A stretch of DNA of 64,000 nt. Origin: Candidatus Hadarchaeales archaeon. Its GTDB lineage: Archaea > Hadarchaeota > Hadarchaeia > Hadarchaeales > Hadarchaeaceae. Positions within the stretch are counted from its first letter, which is position 1; each line of letters starts with the position of its first letter. A program made the translations under genes and the position numbers. The stretch is taken from assembly GCA_038851075.1 (NCBI GenBank), contig JAWCLG010000001.1:32001-96000 (forward strand). Reading direction: 5' to 3'. Of this stretch, positions 55,927 through 64,000 are shown in pieces. The notes beneath the pieces are model-generated. The model made no database searches, was not told the DNA's origin, and was given only the letters and a program-made list of their open reading frames with translations.

Positions 55927-57066
55927 GTGGCAGAACTCTCTAGATCCGAGATGAGGAGAGTTGCCAGAGCCTTTGTGAGAGGCTCAATGCGCGTCGGTCA
56001 TGGAAACACATTCGAAGCCGTCAGGATCCTCCACAACAGAACCGACCCGACCTGCGAGAGATTTTCAATGATGGTTGAGGAGGAATGCTGGAGAACCGGC
56101 GCCCACACCATTCTTCTGGGATTCACATCCGAGAGGGAAAAGCTCAGATACATCCTCCGGCCTGAAAAATCGCTGAAGATGATGAGCCCGTTTGCGGAGT
56201 CCATCGCAAGGAAAGCAGACGTAAGCATATTCATAGGAGAGGATGATAATCCGAACTGGGCAAAAGGGCTGGAGAAGAAGATAAAGCTCACGGCTCCTAT
56301 CAGGGAAAAGCTTCACTGGATAATGGACCGCAGAAAGGTTCGATGGGCATACTTCGGATGGCCCGTTCCGGGAGCCGCCAGAGCCTACGGATGCCCGGTG
56401 GGCAGGTTCAGGAGCATATTCTTCAACAGCATAAGGAAGACGTTTGATGGGGGTGTGCGGCATCTCTGCAACGTGTACCGCTCCCTGCTAAGGGGTGCCG
56501 ATGAGATAAGAATAACGGCTGACGATGATACAGACCTGAGGTTCAGCATCAGAGGACGACCGTTGCTCGTTGACGACGGAGTCATATCGAACGAAGACCT
56601 CAGGCGCGGCGACGTTGGAGTCAACATACCTGCCGGCGAGGTTTTTGTTGCCCCAATTGAAACAAGCGCTGAAGGGAGGATATCATTCGAAGATATAGCA
56701 ATACCTGGTTTTGGGAGGGTGCGCGGCCTTGAACTACGGTTCAGCAGGGGCAGGATAACATCGTACAGTGCGACTGTGGGGGAGAAGAACTTTAACAATT
56801 TTCTCAGGGCAAATACCGGAGATAAGGACAGGATCGCGGAGTTCGGGATAGGAACTAACCCCGGAGCTGAGTACACCGGCGGCAGCATAATAATAGATGA
56901 AAAGATATTCGGAACGGTCCACGTTGCCATAGGGAACAACACCGGCGCCTATCACGGAAAAAACAGGGCTTCGAGCCATCTTGACATGATAAAGGATATG
57001 CGTGAGGGAGAGGTCACAGCTGACGGACATATCATAATGGAAAAAGGAAAACCTGTAAAAAAATGA
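55927..57066 (+). CDS. M29 family aminopeptidase
   Basis: NIPAGEVF.AP, AEFGIGTNP, IDEKIFGTVH.AIG, S..HLDMI. Confidence 0.85.
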   Translation: MAELSRSEMRRVARAFVRGSMRVGHGNTFEAVRILHNRTDPTCERFSMMVEEECWRTGAHTILLGFTSEREKLRYILRPEKSLKMMSPFAESIARKADVSIFIGEDDNPNWAKGLEKKIKLTAPIREKLHWIMDRRKVRWAYFGWPVPGAARAYGCPVGRFRSIFFNSIRKTFDGGVRHLCNVYRSLLRGADEIRITADDDTDLRFSIRGRPLLVDDGVISNEDLRRGDVGVNIPAGEVFVAPIETSAEGRISFEDIAIPGFGRVRGLELRFSRGRITSYSATVGEKNFNNFLRANTGDKDRIAEFGIGTNPGAEYTGGSIIIDEKIFGTVHVAIGNNTGAYHGKNRASSHLDMIKDMREGEVTADGHIIMEKGKPVKK

Positions 57067-57074
57067 AAGGGGGC

Positions 57075-57425
57075 CTACTTCCCCTTCGCCATCTCGTATA
57101 TCGCCTTCAGTGCGATTATCACGGCCCCAGCCCCTACGAGGACCGTGATGTTTGCAGCCAACCTCAAAAGCTCGGCCGGAATTGCAACATTGTTCATTGT
57201 TATAAGCCCGGACATGCCGGTGCATGTCACGATCAGAGCTATCGCTGCAAAGAGAAATGGACCGCTTTCTTTCGAAGTGATATTCATCAGTCCAACTATA
57301 ACGCCGAGAACCGCCAAAGCAACGTATAGCCATCCAGTAGGTGCAACAAAAATCGTCAGCAGTGCGATTATCAGTCCAATGTAAAACGCTGCAGGTCCTA
57401 AGAGGGATATTTTGCCGCCCGCCAT
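57075..57425 (-). CDS. Conserved 4-TM membrane protein of unknown function
   Basis: LGVIVGLMNITSKESGPFL motif, IIALKA; strong SD GGAGGT and TATA-like TTTAAAT. Confidence 0.7.
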   Translation of the reverse strand: MAGGKISLLGPAAFYIGLIIALLTIFVAPTGWLYVALAVLGVIVGLMNITSKESGPFLFAAIALIVTCTGMSGLITMNNVAIPAELLRLAANITVLVGAGAVIIALKAIYEMAKGK

Positions 57426-57480
57426 ATTTTTTTACCTCCAGAACCAAATCTACTTGACCGAATTTAAACATTAAGGTAAG

Positions 57481-58104
57481 ATGATGACTGCCGGATTTTT
57501 CTACGGTGGAATGTGGTTCAGGCTCAATCACGAGGTATACGAGCCCGCAGATGACTCATTCATGATTGCCGAAAACATGGAAATTTCACCCGGAGAGGAA
57601 GTGCTGGAAATAGGGACCGGATGCGGATTTCTGGCAATCATCGCGGCAAAAAGAGGCGCGAGGGTGGTGGCCACCGACATAAACCAAGCTGCCATCCAGT
57701 GCTCCAGAGAAAACGCTGCGATGCACGGGGTTGAAAAAAACGTAGACCTCAGGCTCGGAGATCTGTTCGACCCTGTACTGGAAGAGAGGTTCGATCTGAT
57801 AATCTTCAATCCGCCCTACCTGCCGAGCACACTGGAGGAAAGGCGCGGGGGACGTTTGGAACTCTCATGGGACGGCGGTGATGACGGAAGGAGGGTAGTT
57901 GACAGGTTCATTGAAGGGCTGCCAGCACATCTGAAAAAGCGGGGGAGGTCTCTCTTCGTTCAATCTTCGCTCACCGGCAATGAAAAAACTTTGGAGCTGA
58001 TTGAAAAAAACGGACTCAGAGGGGAGATAGTTGCCCGCAGGAAATTTTTCTTCGAGGAGATTGTGCTTATCAGGTGCGAAACGCCCGATACCCGTAAGTT
58101 ATAA
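57481..58104 (+). CDS. prmC: HemK2/Mtq2 family release-factor glutamine methyltransferase
   Basis: VYEPADDS, LEIGTGCG, DIN, FNPPYLP, DGG..GR, QSSL, FFEE. Confidence 0.88.
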   Translation: MMTAGFFYGGMWFRLNHEVYEPADDSFMIAENMEISPGEEVLEIGTGCGFLAIIAAKRGARVVATDINQAAIQCSRENAAMHGVEKNVDLRLGDLFDPVLEERFDLIIFNPPYLPSTLEERRGGRLELSWDGGDDGRRVVDRFIEGLPAHLKKRGRSLFVQSSLTGNEKTLELIEKNGLRGEIVARRKFFFEEIVLIRCETPDTRKL

Positions 58105-58149
58105 GCATGACGGAAAATCTACTTAGAGGGTTCTGAAGGGGGAGTTCAC

Positions 58150-58257
58150 ATAGGCAAGAGACCGCGAAAGTGGAAGAAGAAGGGAAGGATGCGCTGGAAG
58201 TGGGTCAGAAAAAGGATGCGCAGAAAAATAAGAAGAATCAAGCAGAGGAAGGTCTGA
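58150..58257 (+). CDS. rpl41e: Ribosomal protein eL41 (eS32), ATA start (missing from ORF track)
   Basis: (M)[34 protein letters not shown]; [15 protein letters not shown] matches archaeal eL41. SD GGGGGAG before ATA. Confidence 0.88.
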   Translation: MGKRPRKWKKKGRMRWKWVRKRMRRKIRRIKQRKV

Positions 58258-58296
58258 TTCTGAACGCTGCAAAGTAACTCCAAACTTTTATATCAT

Positions 58297-58319
58297 ACGT
58301 TGGATAATATATCCAACGT
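58297..58319. promoter_or_regulatory. Perfect palindromic operator ACGTTGGATA-N3-TATCCAACGT just downstream of a TATA box
   Basis: 10/10 inverted repeat at 58297-306 and 58310-319; TATA TTTTATAT at 58286-93. Confidence 0.75.
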
Positions 58320-58325
58320 GAGATT

Positions 58326-58988
58326 TTGCAAAGATTTAACAGAGTGGCGTGGAAGCTCTGGGGCGGAGAAAATCCCGATGAAGTTCTCCTGAAGAGATAC
58401 CGGCTCTTTCTACTTGCTGGTGTGTTCCTGATTGCGATGTTTGCAGTATACAGGTCTCTAGCCGGGATAGAATTCCTGCCAAACACCGAATGGATAATAC
58501 CCGTCCTAGTAGTCACGGGATCTTTCACGCTACGCTGTAGAAGGCCAAAATCAGTGAGAATAACGAGCAGGTATTTCGGGGTAATTTCACTGATAAGCGT
58601 TTTCGTGGTGTGGTTCGTGACATACGGATTTATTCCGATACATGTGTTCTGCTGGTCCGGTTTCATCTTCATCTGGCTTTTTTCAAAGAAGCTGAAACTC
58701 TCGTACTTTGACAGGTTTTCAAGAATTCTGCTGAAAAGCACCCTTGCCACCGCGATCGCCATTATCATATACGATGTCTGGACCGGAGTGGTAGGGCACA
58801 CCCTCACCACAGGGGCTCCGCTGTGGCTGTCCATCATTGGGCAGGTGGAATTCACGCTGCGCCATCTTACCTCGCTGTTTTTCGTGCCTCCCATCGTCTG
58901 GGCTGGAAAGCTTATTATCAGGATTCCCGTGCCTGCACGGGCTTCGGTGGCCAGATCATGCTCCCAGACTCAGGGGGAGGGGAGGTGA
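58326..58988 (+). CDS. ECF-transporter S-component-like membrane protein (putative cobalamin/corrinoid)
   Basis: About 6 TM; LPN.E, F.WSGF, YDVWT, GQ..F..RH pattern; operon with a DUF4430 gene. Start uncertain. Confidence 0.55.
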   Translation: MQRFNRVAWKLWGGENPDEVLLKRYRLFLLAGVFLIAMFAVYRSLAGIEFLPNTEWIIPVLVVTGSFTLRCRRPKSVRITSRYFGVISLISVFVVWFVTYGFIPIHVFCWSGFIFIWLFSKKLKLSYFDRFSRILLKSTLATAIAIIIYDVWTGVVGHTLTTGAPLWLSIIGQVEFTLRHLTSLFFVPPIVWAGKLIIRIPVPARASVARSCSQTQGEGR

Positions 58989-58992
58989 AAAG

Positions 58993-59397
58993 ATGAGAAA
59001 ATCCATGCTTGAGATACTCGCTGCTCTGATGATAACCGGAGTGATATGTTTCGGGGCCGGAGTCTACGCTGTGGGTGGGAAAACAACCGCCTACGCAACA
59101 ACCAGGGAAATTTCAGTGCACGTCACGATTGAAACAAAAAACAGCGGAATCATTGAAAAAACCGTAAAAATCAGGGACGGGATGAGTGCCTTCGATGCTC
59201 TTCTGAAAGTGACCGACACAAGGACTCAGTACTGGGAAAGCTTCGACTCATCGATTATTACTTCAGTGGGTGGAGAAGAACTCGGACCGAACGAAGGATA
59301 CGTATTCATGGTAAACGGCGAATCACCAAGCGCAAGCATGAGTGACTGTCAGCTCCACGACGGTGACAACATTCTGATAAAGTATATTTCATGGTGA
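58993..59397 (+). CDS. DUF4430 (transcobalamin C-terminal-like beta-grasp) membrane-anchored protein
   Basis: N-terminal TM; G.SAFDAL, ITSVGG, YVFMVNG, L.DGD.I...Y; GGAGGTGA SD. Confidence 0.8.
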   Translation: MRKSMLEILAALMITGVICFGAGVYAVGGKTTAYATTREISVHVTIETKNSGIIEKTVKIRDGMSAFDALLKVTDTRTQYWESFDSSIITSVGGEELGPNEGYVFMVNGESPSASMSDCQLHDGDNILIKYISW

Positions 59398-59958
59398 TTT
59401 GTGGAGGGTTCTGGCCGCGGCACGGGCGCCCTCCTCCGCAAGCCTCAGGTCATCCGCCGTCCCAATGACAATCACATCGCCATCTTCAGGGCTGAGCTTG
59501 CTAAACAGCTCCTCCTCTGCATCACTGCCAACCTTCATGAAACGGTCTGGAAACACCAGCCTGCCGCCTTCACATATGAGCACGGTGGCCCCCTTAGCAC
59601 CGACCTTTATCGCCTCATCCCTCTGCTCTATGCCCCTCCTGACAAGATGAGAAGCCTTCCTGACGAGTATTGCAACATTAACGCTTCCCACGGTGATTCC
59701 TGAGACTGAAACAACCGCTGACTCTCGAGGTGCGCCCGCCATTTTTATTCCTCTCTCCGTCAGGAAATGTCCTGATCTGGTTGAGCGGACCAGCCCCCTA
59801 TTCTTAAGTTCTTTCATTATTGTCCTCACGCTTCCCTCACCTATGCCCATCCTCTTGGAGAGCTCTTTTCTGCTCATTCTGCTCTCATTCAAAAGTAGGT
59901 CCATGGCCTTTCTCACGTGAACCTCCCCAAATCTCGGCAAGGGACCTTTATCCGACAA
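59389..59958 (-). CDS. DUF4443-type winged-helix protein (putative regulator)
   Basis: SRKELS..MGIGEGSVRT, GH.LTE.G, GIEQRDEAIK.GA.GAT, L.FP. Confidence 0.75.
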   Translation of the reverse strand: MSDKGPLPRFGEVHVRKAMDLLLNESRMSRKELSKRMGIGEGSVRTIMKELKNRGLVRSTRSGHFLTERGIKMAGAPRESAVVSVSGITVGSVNVAILVRKASHLVRRGIEQRDEAIKVGAKGATVLICEGGRLVFPDRFMKVGSDAEEELFSKLSPEDGDVIVIGTADDLRLAEEGARAAARTLHKSP

Positions 59959-60026
59959 TTCACCACCAGAGATATATGCGCTGAGTAAAGTTTTAAATAC
60001 GGTCGTGCCTAAAGAGTAGGAGTCAC

Positions 60027-61259
60027 ATGGGGATCGAAGAAATAATAAAAAAAATAGAGAACACGCCTGTGCCGAAGGTTAAAAAAGTGGCGTGCGCCTT
60101 TTCAGGAGGTTTAGACTCCAGCCTCAGCATAGAGCTCCTGAAACGCAAGTACAAGGCAGAGGAGATCATTCCAATAACCGTTGATGTCGGACAGGGTGAG
60201 CAGGAGCTAGAGATGGCAAGAAAGCACGGGAAGATGCTTGGAGTCAATCCGATCATAATTGATGCCAAGGACGAATTTTCAAATCACTGGATAGCAACGG
60301 CGATAAGGGCTAACTCAGACTATGAAGGCTATCCTGTTTCAACCTCAATGACAAGACAGCTTATAGCCAGAGTAGTTGCTGAAAAAGCGCGCGAGCTGGG
60401 ATGCGACGCCCTCATAGAGGGAAGCAGCGGGAAGGGCAATGACCAGTTCAGAATGCACAACGTGTTCACACTATTCGCCCCCGGGCTTGAGATACTGGTC
60501 CCGGTGAGAGACTTCGATCTGAGCAGAAAAGATGAAGAAGAGATCTGCAAAGCATGGGGAGTTCCAGTTGCCGAGACCATAACCGGTGGGGACGACAAGA
60601 CACTGTGGTGCAGATCCATCGCAAGCGGAGCGATAGACCTTGACCAAGAGCTTCCAGAGGATATATGGATGTGGCTAAAGCCTCCGGAGAAGGCAAAGAA
60701 CGAGCCCACGGTAATAGATATCGAATTCAAAGAGGGGATACCGGTGAAACTCAACGGTGAGAAGCTACCACTCTTCGATATCGTCTACCGACTGAATTAC
60801 ATCGCCGGAGAGAACGGCATCGGGAGAATAGATATGTTTGAGGACGGGATAATGAGCCTCAAATCTAGAGAGATATACGAGGCCCCGGCTGCACACGTGA
60901 TACTGACACTTCACAGAGATCTGGAGCAGTTCTGCCTGACCAAGGATGAGATCATGTTCAAGAAAATCGTCGATCAAAAGTGGGCATACATGATATATCA
61001 CGGACAGGCATATCATCCTCTGAGATACGAACTGGACGCATTCATCAACGAGTCTCAAAAGAGCGTTGAAGGTGAATACAGAGTAAAGCTGTATAAAGGA
61101 ACAATAGAGATACTGAGAAGAAGGTCCGATACAGGACTATTTGCGCCCGAGATAAGATCGATAAAGGCCAAAGGTTTTGACCAGCGCATGTCTAAAGGAG
61201 CCGCTCACATAGGAGGACTTATTTATCAGGTACTCGCTATGAGAAAACGAGTGAAGTAA
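60027..61259 (+). CDS. argG: Argininosuccinate synthase
   Basis: AFSGGLDSS, DVGQ, GKGNDQFR, GIGRIDM.ED, KSREIYEAPA. Confidence 0.94.
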   Translation: MGIEEIIKKIENTPVPKVKKVACAFSGGLDSSLSIELLKRKYKAEEIIPITVDVGQGEQELEMARKHGKMLGVNPIIIDAKDEFSNHWIATAIRANSDYEGYPVSTSMTRQLIARVVAEKARELGCDALIEGSSGKGNDQFRMHNVFTLFAPGLEILVPVRDFDLSRKDEEEICKAWGVPVAETITGGDDKTLWCRSIASGAIDLDQELPEDIWMWLKPPEKAKNEPTVIDIEFKEGIPVKLNGEKLPLFDIVYRLNYIAGENGIGRIDMFEDGIMSLKSREIYEAPAAHVILTLHRDLEQFCLTKDEIMFKKIVDQKWAYMIYHGQAYHPLRYELDAFINESQKSVEGEYRVKLYKGTIEILRRRSDTGLFAPEIRSIKAKGFDQRMSKGAAHIGGLIYQVLAMRKRVK

Positions 61260-61260
61260 G

Positions 61261-62613
61261 ATGCCAAAGCTATGGGAGAAGGGCTACAAGCTAGATCCTT
61301 ATATAGAGTGTTTTACTGTTGGTGAAGACTACCTGATAGATCGAAAGCTCATTGAATCAGATATTTACGGAAACATTGCACATGCCCGCATGCTCCATAA
61401 AATAGGCATACTCTCATCAACGGAGTTCTCCAAACTAAAAAGGTGCCTGATTGAGATACTCAAAAAGTCGAAAAATGGAACTTTCACCGTGAAAAATGTG
61501 GATGAGGACGTTCACACCGCGGTTGAAAACTATCTAACGAACAGGCTCGGCAAGATCGGGAAGAAAATTCACACGGGGAGATCAAGAAATGATCAGGCCC
61601 TGCTTGACATCAGGCTGTACGCTCGCGGAGAACTCATCAAAATATTTGAAGAGCTGCTGGAACTGGCGGAGACTCTGGCAAAATTTGCATCCAAGCACAA
61701 ATCGGTTCCAATGCCCGGAAGAACTCACACGCAGAGAGCTATGCCCTCGTCGGTGGGGCTCTGGGCTGCCGCTTTCGCGGAGTCGCTGATGGATGACATT
61801 AAACTGCTAAAGACCGTGTACTCCCTGAACAATCAGTGCCCGCTGGGGTCAGCTGCCAGCTACGGAGTTCCTCTTCCGATAGACAGACAGATGGTGAGCG
61901 ATCTTCTCGGATTTGAAAAAGTCCAGAACAACGTGCTCTATGCGAACAACAGCAGGGGGAAAATTGAAGCCATGATAGTTTTTGCAATGACGCAGATTTC
62001 CGAGGACCTGTCAAAGCTCGCAAATGACCTGATTTTCTTCAGCATACCCGAACTGGGATACTTCTCGCTTCCAAAGGAGTACTGTCCCGGCTCGAGCATA
62101 ATGCCGCAGAAGCTGAACCCCTGCCCCCTCGAGATAGTCAGGGCGCGGTCGGCTGGAAACATCGCCAGGCTTGTTCAGCTTATTGTGACGATAAGAAACC
62201 TGCCATCGGGGTACAACAGAGATTTTCAGGAAACTAAAAAGCCTCTCATGGAATCTCTGGAATCAACCATGCAGTGTATAAAGACAATGAGGATGATATT
62301 CAATAAGCTCAGGGTGAACAGGGACGTGCTGATCAGCTCATTCACTCCTGAAATTTTTGCCGCGGACATGGCTCTAAAGATAGCGGTTGAGGGAAAAATG
62401 CCATTCAGAGATGCGTACAGAAAAGTCGCTGGAGAGCTTGAGAGCCTTAAAGCGGAGGATCCGGTGAAAAACATAATGTCTAAGAGACATATGGGAGCCA
62501 CGGGTAATCTAGGGATAGATCGGCTCATGATGGAAATAAACTCCGAGAAAAGAAAGGTTAGATCCGAGAGAAAAAAGGTTGAGGAAGTCTACAAAAAGCT
62601 GAAGAACCTCTAG
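61261..62613 (+). CDS. argH: Argininosuccinate lyase
   Basis: EDVH, HTGRSRNDQ, MPGRTH.Q.A, GSSIMPQK.NP, YNRDFQE, PFRDAY. Confidence 0.94.
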   Translation: MPKLWEKGYKLDPYIECFTVGEDYLIDRKLIESDIYGNIAHARMLHKIGILSSTEFSKLKRCLIEILKKSKNGTFTVKNVDEDVHTAVENYLTNRLGKIGKKIHTGRSRNDQALLDIRLYARGELIKIFEELLELAETLAKFASKHKSVPMPGRTHTQRAMPSSVGLWAAAFAESLMDDIKLLKTVYSLNNQCPLGSAASYGVPLPIDRQMVSDLLGFEKVQNNVLYANNSRGKIEAMIVFAMTQISEDLSKLANDLIFFSIPELGYFSLPKEYCPGSSIMPQKLNPCPLEIVRARSAGNIARLVQLIVTIRNLPSGYNRDFQETKKPLMESLESTMQCIKTMRMIFNKLRVNRDVLISSFTPEIFAADMALKIAVEGKMPFRDAYRKVAGELESLKAEDPVKNIMSKRHMGATGNLGIDRLMMEINSEKRKVRSERKKVEEVYKKLKNL

Positions 62614-63533
62614 CGGCTCTTAATAATCTTCAGAAGCAGTGCTTTCTGAGCGTGCATTCTGTTCTCAGCCTGATCCCAAACAACGGACCAGCGCCCGTCT
62701 ATCACATCCGCAGAAACCTCCTCCCCGCGCTTTGCGGGAAGACAGTGCATAAATATCGCATCACCCTTGGCAGCCTTCATCAGCTCCGACGTTACCTGGA
62801 ACCCCTTAAAGTCCCGCATTCTCTTTTCTTTCTCCGCCTCCATGCCCATCGAGACAAAAACATCTGTATAGACAACATCGGCTCCAGTCACCGCCTCAAC
62901 CGGAACATTCAGCAGCTCAACTCTGCTTCCGCTCTCCCTCACATTTTTTTCAGCCAAAGACAGCACATCGCTGGGTGGCTCGTATCCTTTAGGACATGCG
63001 AGCGCAAAGTCTGCACCAACGGCTGTACATCCGAGCAAAAGCGAGTTGCATACATTATTGCCATCGCCGACCCACGCCACCTTCAATCCCTTCAGCCTGC
63101 CCTTGTGCTCCTGCATCGTCATGAGGTCTGCAAGAGTCTGGCATGGGTGATGGAGGTCCGTGAGGGCGTTGATCACGGGTACGCTGGAGAACCTTGCAAG
63201 CTCCTCGATATCCTGATGTTTGAAAAGCCTCGCCACGATCACGTCCACGTACCTTGAGAGGGTGCGTGCGGTATCGGCTATTGTCTCACCTCTACCCAGC
63301 TGCAGGTCGTTCCATCCCATGTATATCGCATGACCGCCGAGCTGTGTCGTCGCGACCTCAAAACTGACCCTTGTGCGGGTGGAGGGCTTGGAGAATATCA
63401 TTCCTACTGTTTTCCCCATCAGGTCCTTTCTCATCTTTCCGGCCCTGAGTTCCCGTTTCAGGGCCACGGCCTTTTTCAATATTTCCAGTATCTCTCTTTT
63501 TTTCAGGTCCTGTATCGAAAGCAGATGCCTCAT
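62610..63533 (-). CDS. argF: Ornithine carbamoyltransferase
   Basis: STRTRVSF, HPCQ, GDGNNV, SMG, HCLP, QAENR. Confidence 0.96.
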   Translation of the reverse strand: MRHLLSIQDLKKREILEILKKAVALKRELRAGKMRKDLMGKTVGMIFSKPSTRTRVSFEVATTQLGGHAIYMGWNDLQLGRGETIADTARTLSRYVDVIVARLFKHQDIEELARFSSVPVINALTDLHHPCQTLADLMTMQEHKGRLKGLKVAWVGDGNNVCNSLLLGCTAVGADFALACPKGYEPPSDVLSLAEKNVRESGSRVELLNVPVEAVTGADVVYTDVFVSMGMEAEKEKRMRDFKGFQVTSELMKAAKGDAIFMHCLPAKRGEEVSADVIDGRWSVVWDQAENRMHAQKALLLKIIKSR

Positions 63534-64000
63534 GGTTGCACCTTATCCAGTATTTTCTCAAGAGCGAATATCAGACCATCTATATGTTTTTTCTCAACTA
63601 TTAAAGGAGGCGTGAACCTGAGCACCCTGCCTGCAGTGCGATTTATGAGAAAACCCATGCCGGCTGCCATTTTAACGGCATTCTCAGCTTTTTTATCGTT
63701 ATCCAGCTCCATGCCAAGCAGCAGCCCGAGGCCTCTCACGTCAACAACGGACTGAAACCTGTCCTTTAACTCCATGAGCCTCTCTTTAAAATATCCTCCA
63801 ATTCTGTCGGACCTGCGTGGAAGGTCAAGACGCCTCATTGTCTTTACGGTGGCTATACCCGCAGCGCAGGCGAGAGGATTTCCCCCGAAGGTGGAGGCGT
63901 GATCACCAGGCGAGAAAGAATCCATTACTTCGTCACTCGATCCGAAGCAACCTATTGGAAATCCCCCGCCCAGACCCTTTGCAATTGTAATTATATCCGG
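63530..64000 (-). CDS. argD: Acetylornithine aminotransferase (5' end off window)
   Basis: IAKGLGGGFPIG, HASTFGGNPLACA, VRGLGL, LRFTPPL; operon with argF. Confidence 0.88.
   Translation of the reverse strand, partial: PDIITIAKGLGGGFPIGCFGSSDEVMDSFSPGDHASTFGGNPLACAAGIATVKTMRRLDLPRRSDRIGGYFKERLMELKDRFQSVVDVRGLGLLLGMELDNDKKAENAVKMAAGMGFLINRTAGRVLRFTPPLIVEKKHIDGLIFALEKILDKVQP

Noticed and set aside
1-64000. CRISPR arrays, IS elements, rRNA, systematic stop-codon recoding, and the many long antisense ORFs
   Set aside because: No spaced repeats, transposases or rRNA were seen. TAA, TAG and TGA all end conserved genes normally. The antisense ORFs mirror well-supported genes.

Overview
Core-chromosome segment of an archaeon. 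Archaeal markers: aRF1, GatD/GatE, HMf-type histone, eL41, Trm11, intron-containing tRNA-Ala, and GGTGA/GGTGG Shine-Dalgarno sites. The gene mix (NfnAB, high-MW rubredoxin, bacterial-type PfkA, ProBA, ArgGH/FD) suggests an anaerobic euryarchaeote-like lineage such as Hadarchaeota; this placement is inference only. About 75 genes, mostly housekeeping, plus a divergent type IV pilus-like locus (29.3-35.9 kb) with two detached pilin-like genes (13.5-14.9 kb). No integrase, transposase or CRISPR array was seen. Most notable: (1) a stand-alone single-repeat ('half') TBP-fold gene directly behind the histone gene; (2) repeated CTG/ATA start codons at the genome's usual SD spacing; (3) a three-way-junction RNA leader before a small Zn-ribbon gene; (4) a perfect palindromic operator before a putative cobalamin ECF/DUF4430 operon, next to an orphan wHTH gene; (5) an in-frame TGA splitting a membrane-anchored protein next to the tRNA; (6) a 10-bp-phased operator array before glutamate synthase; (7) a candidate box C/D sRNA. 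All family calls come from motif recognition by eye; no database search was run.
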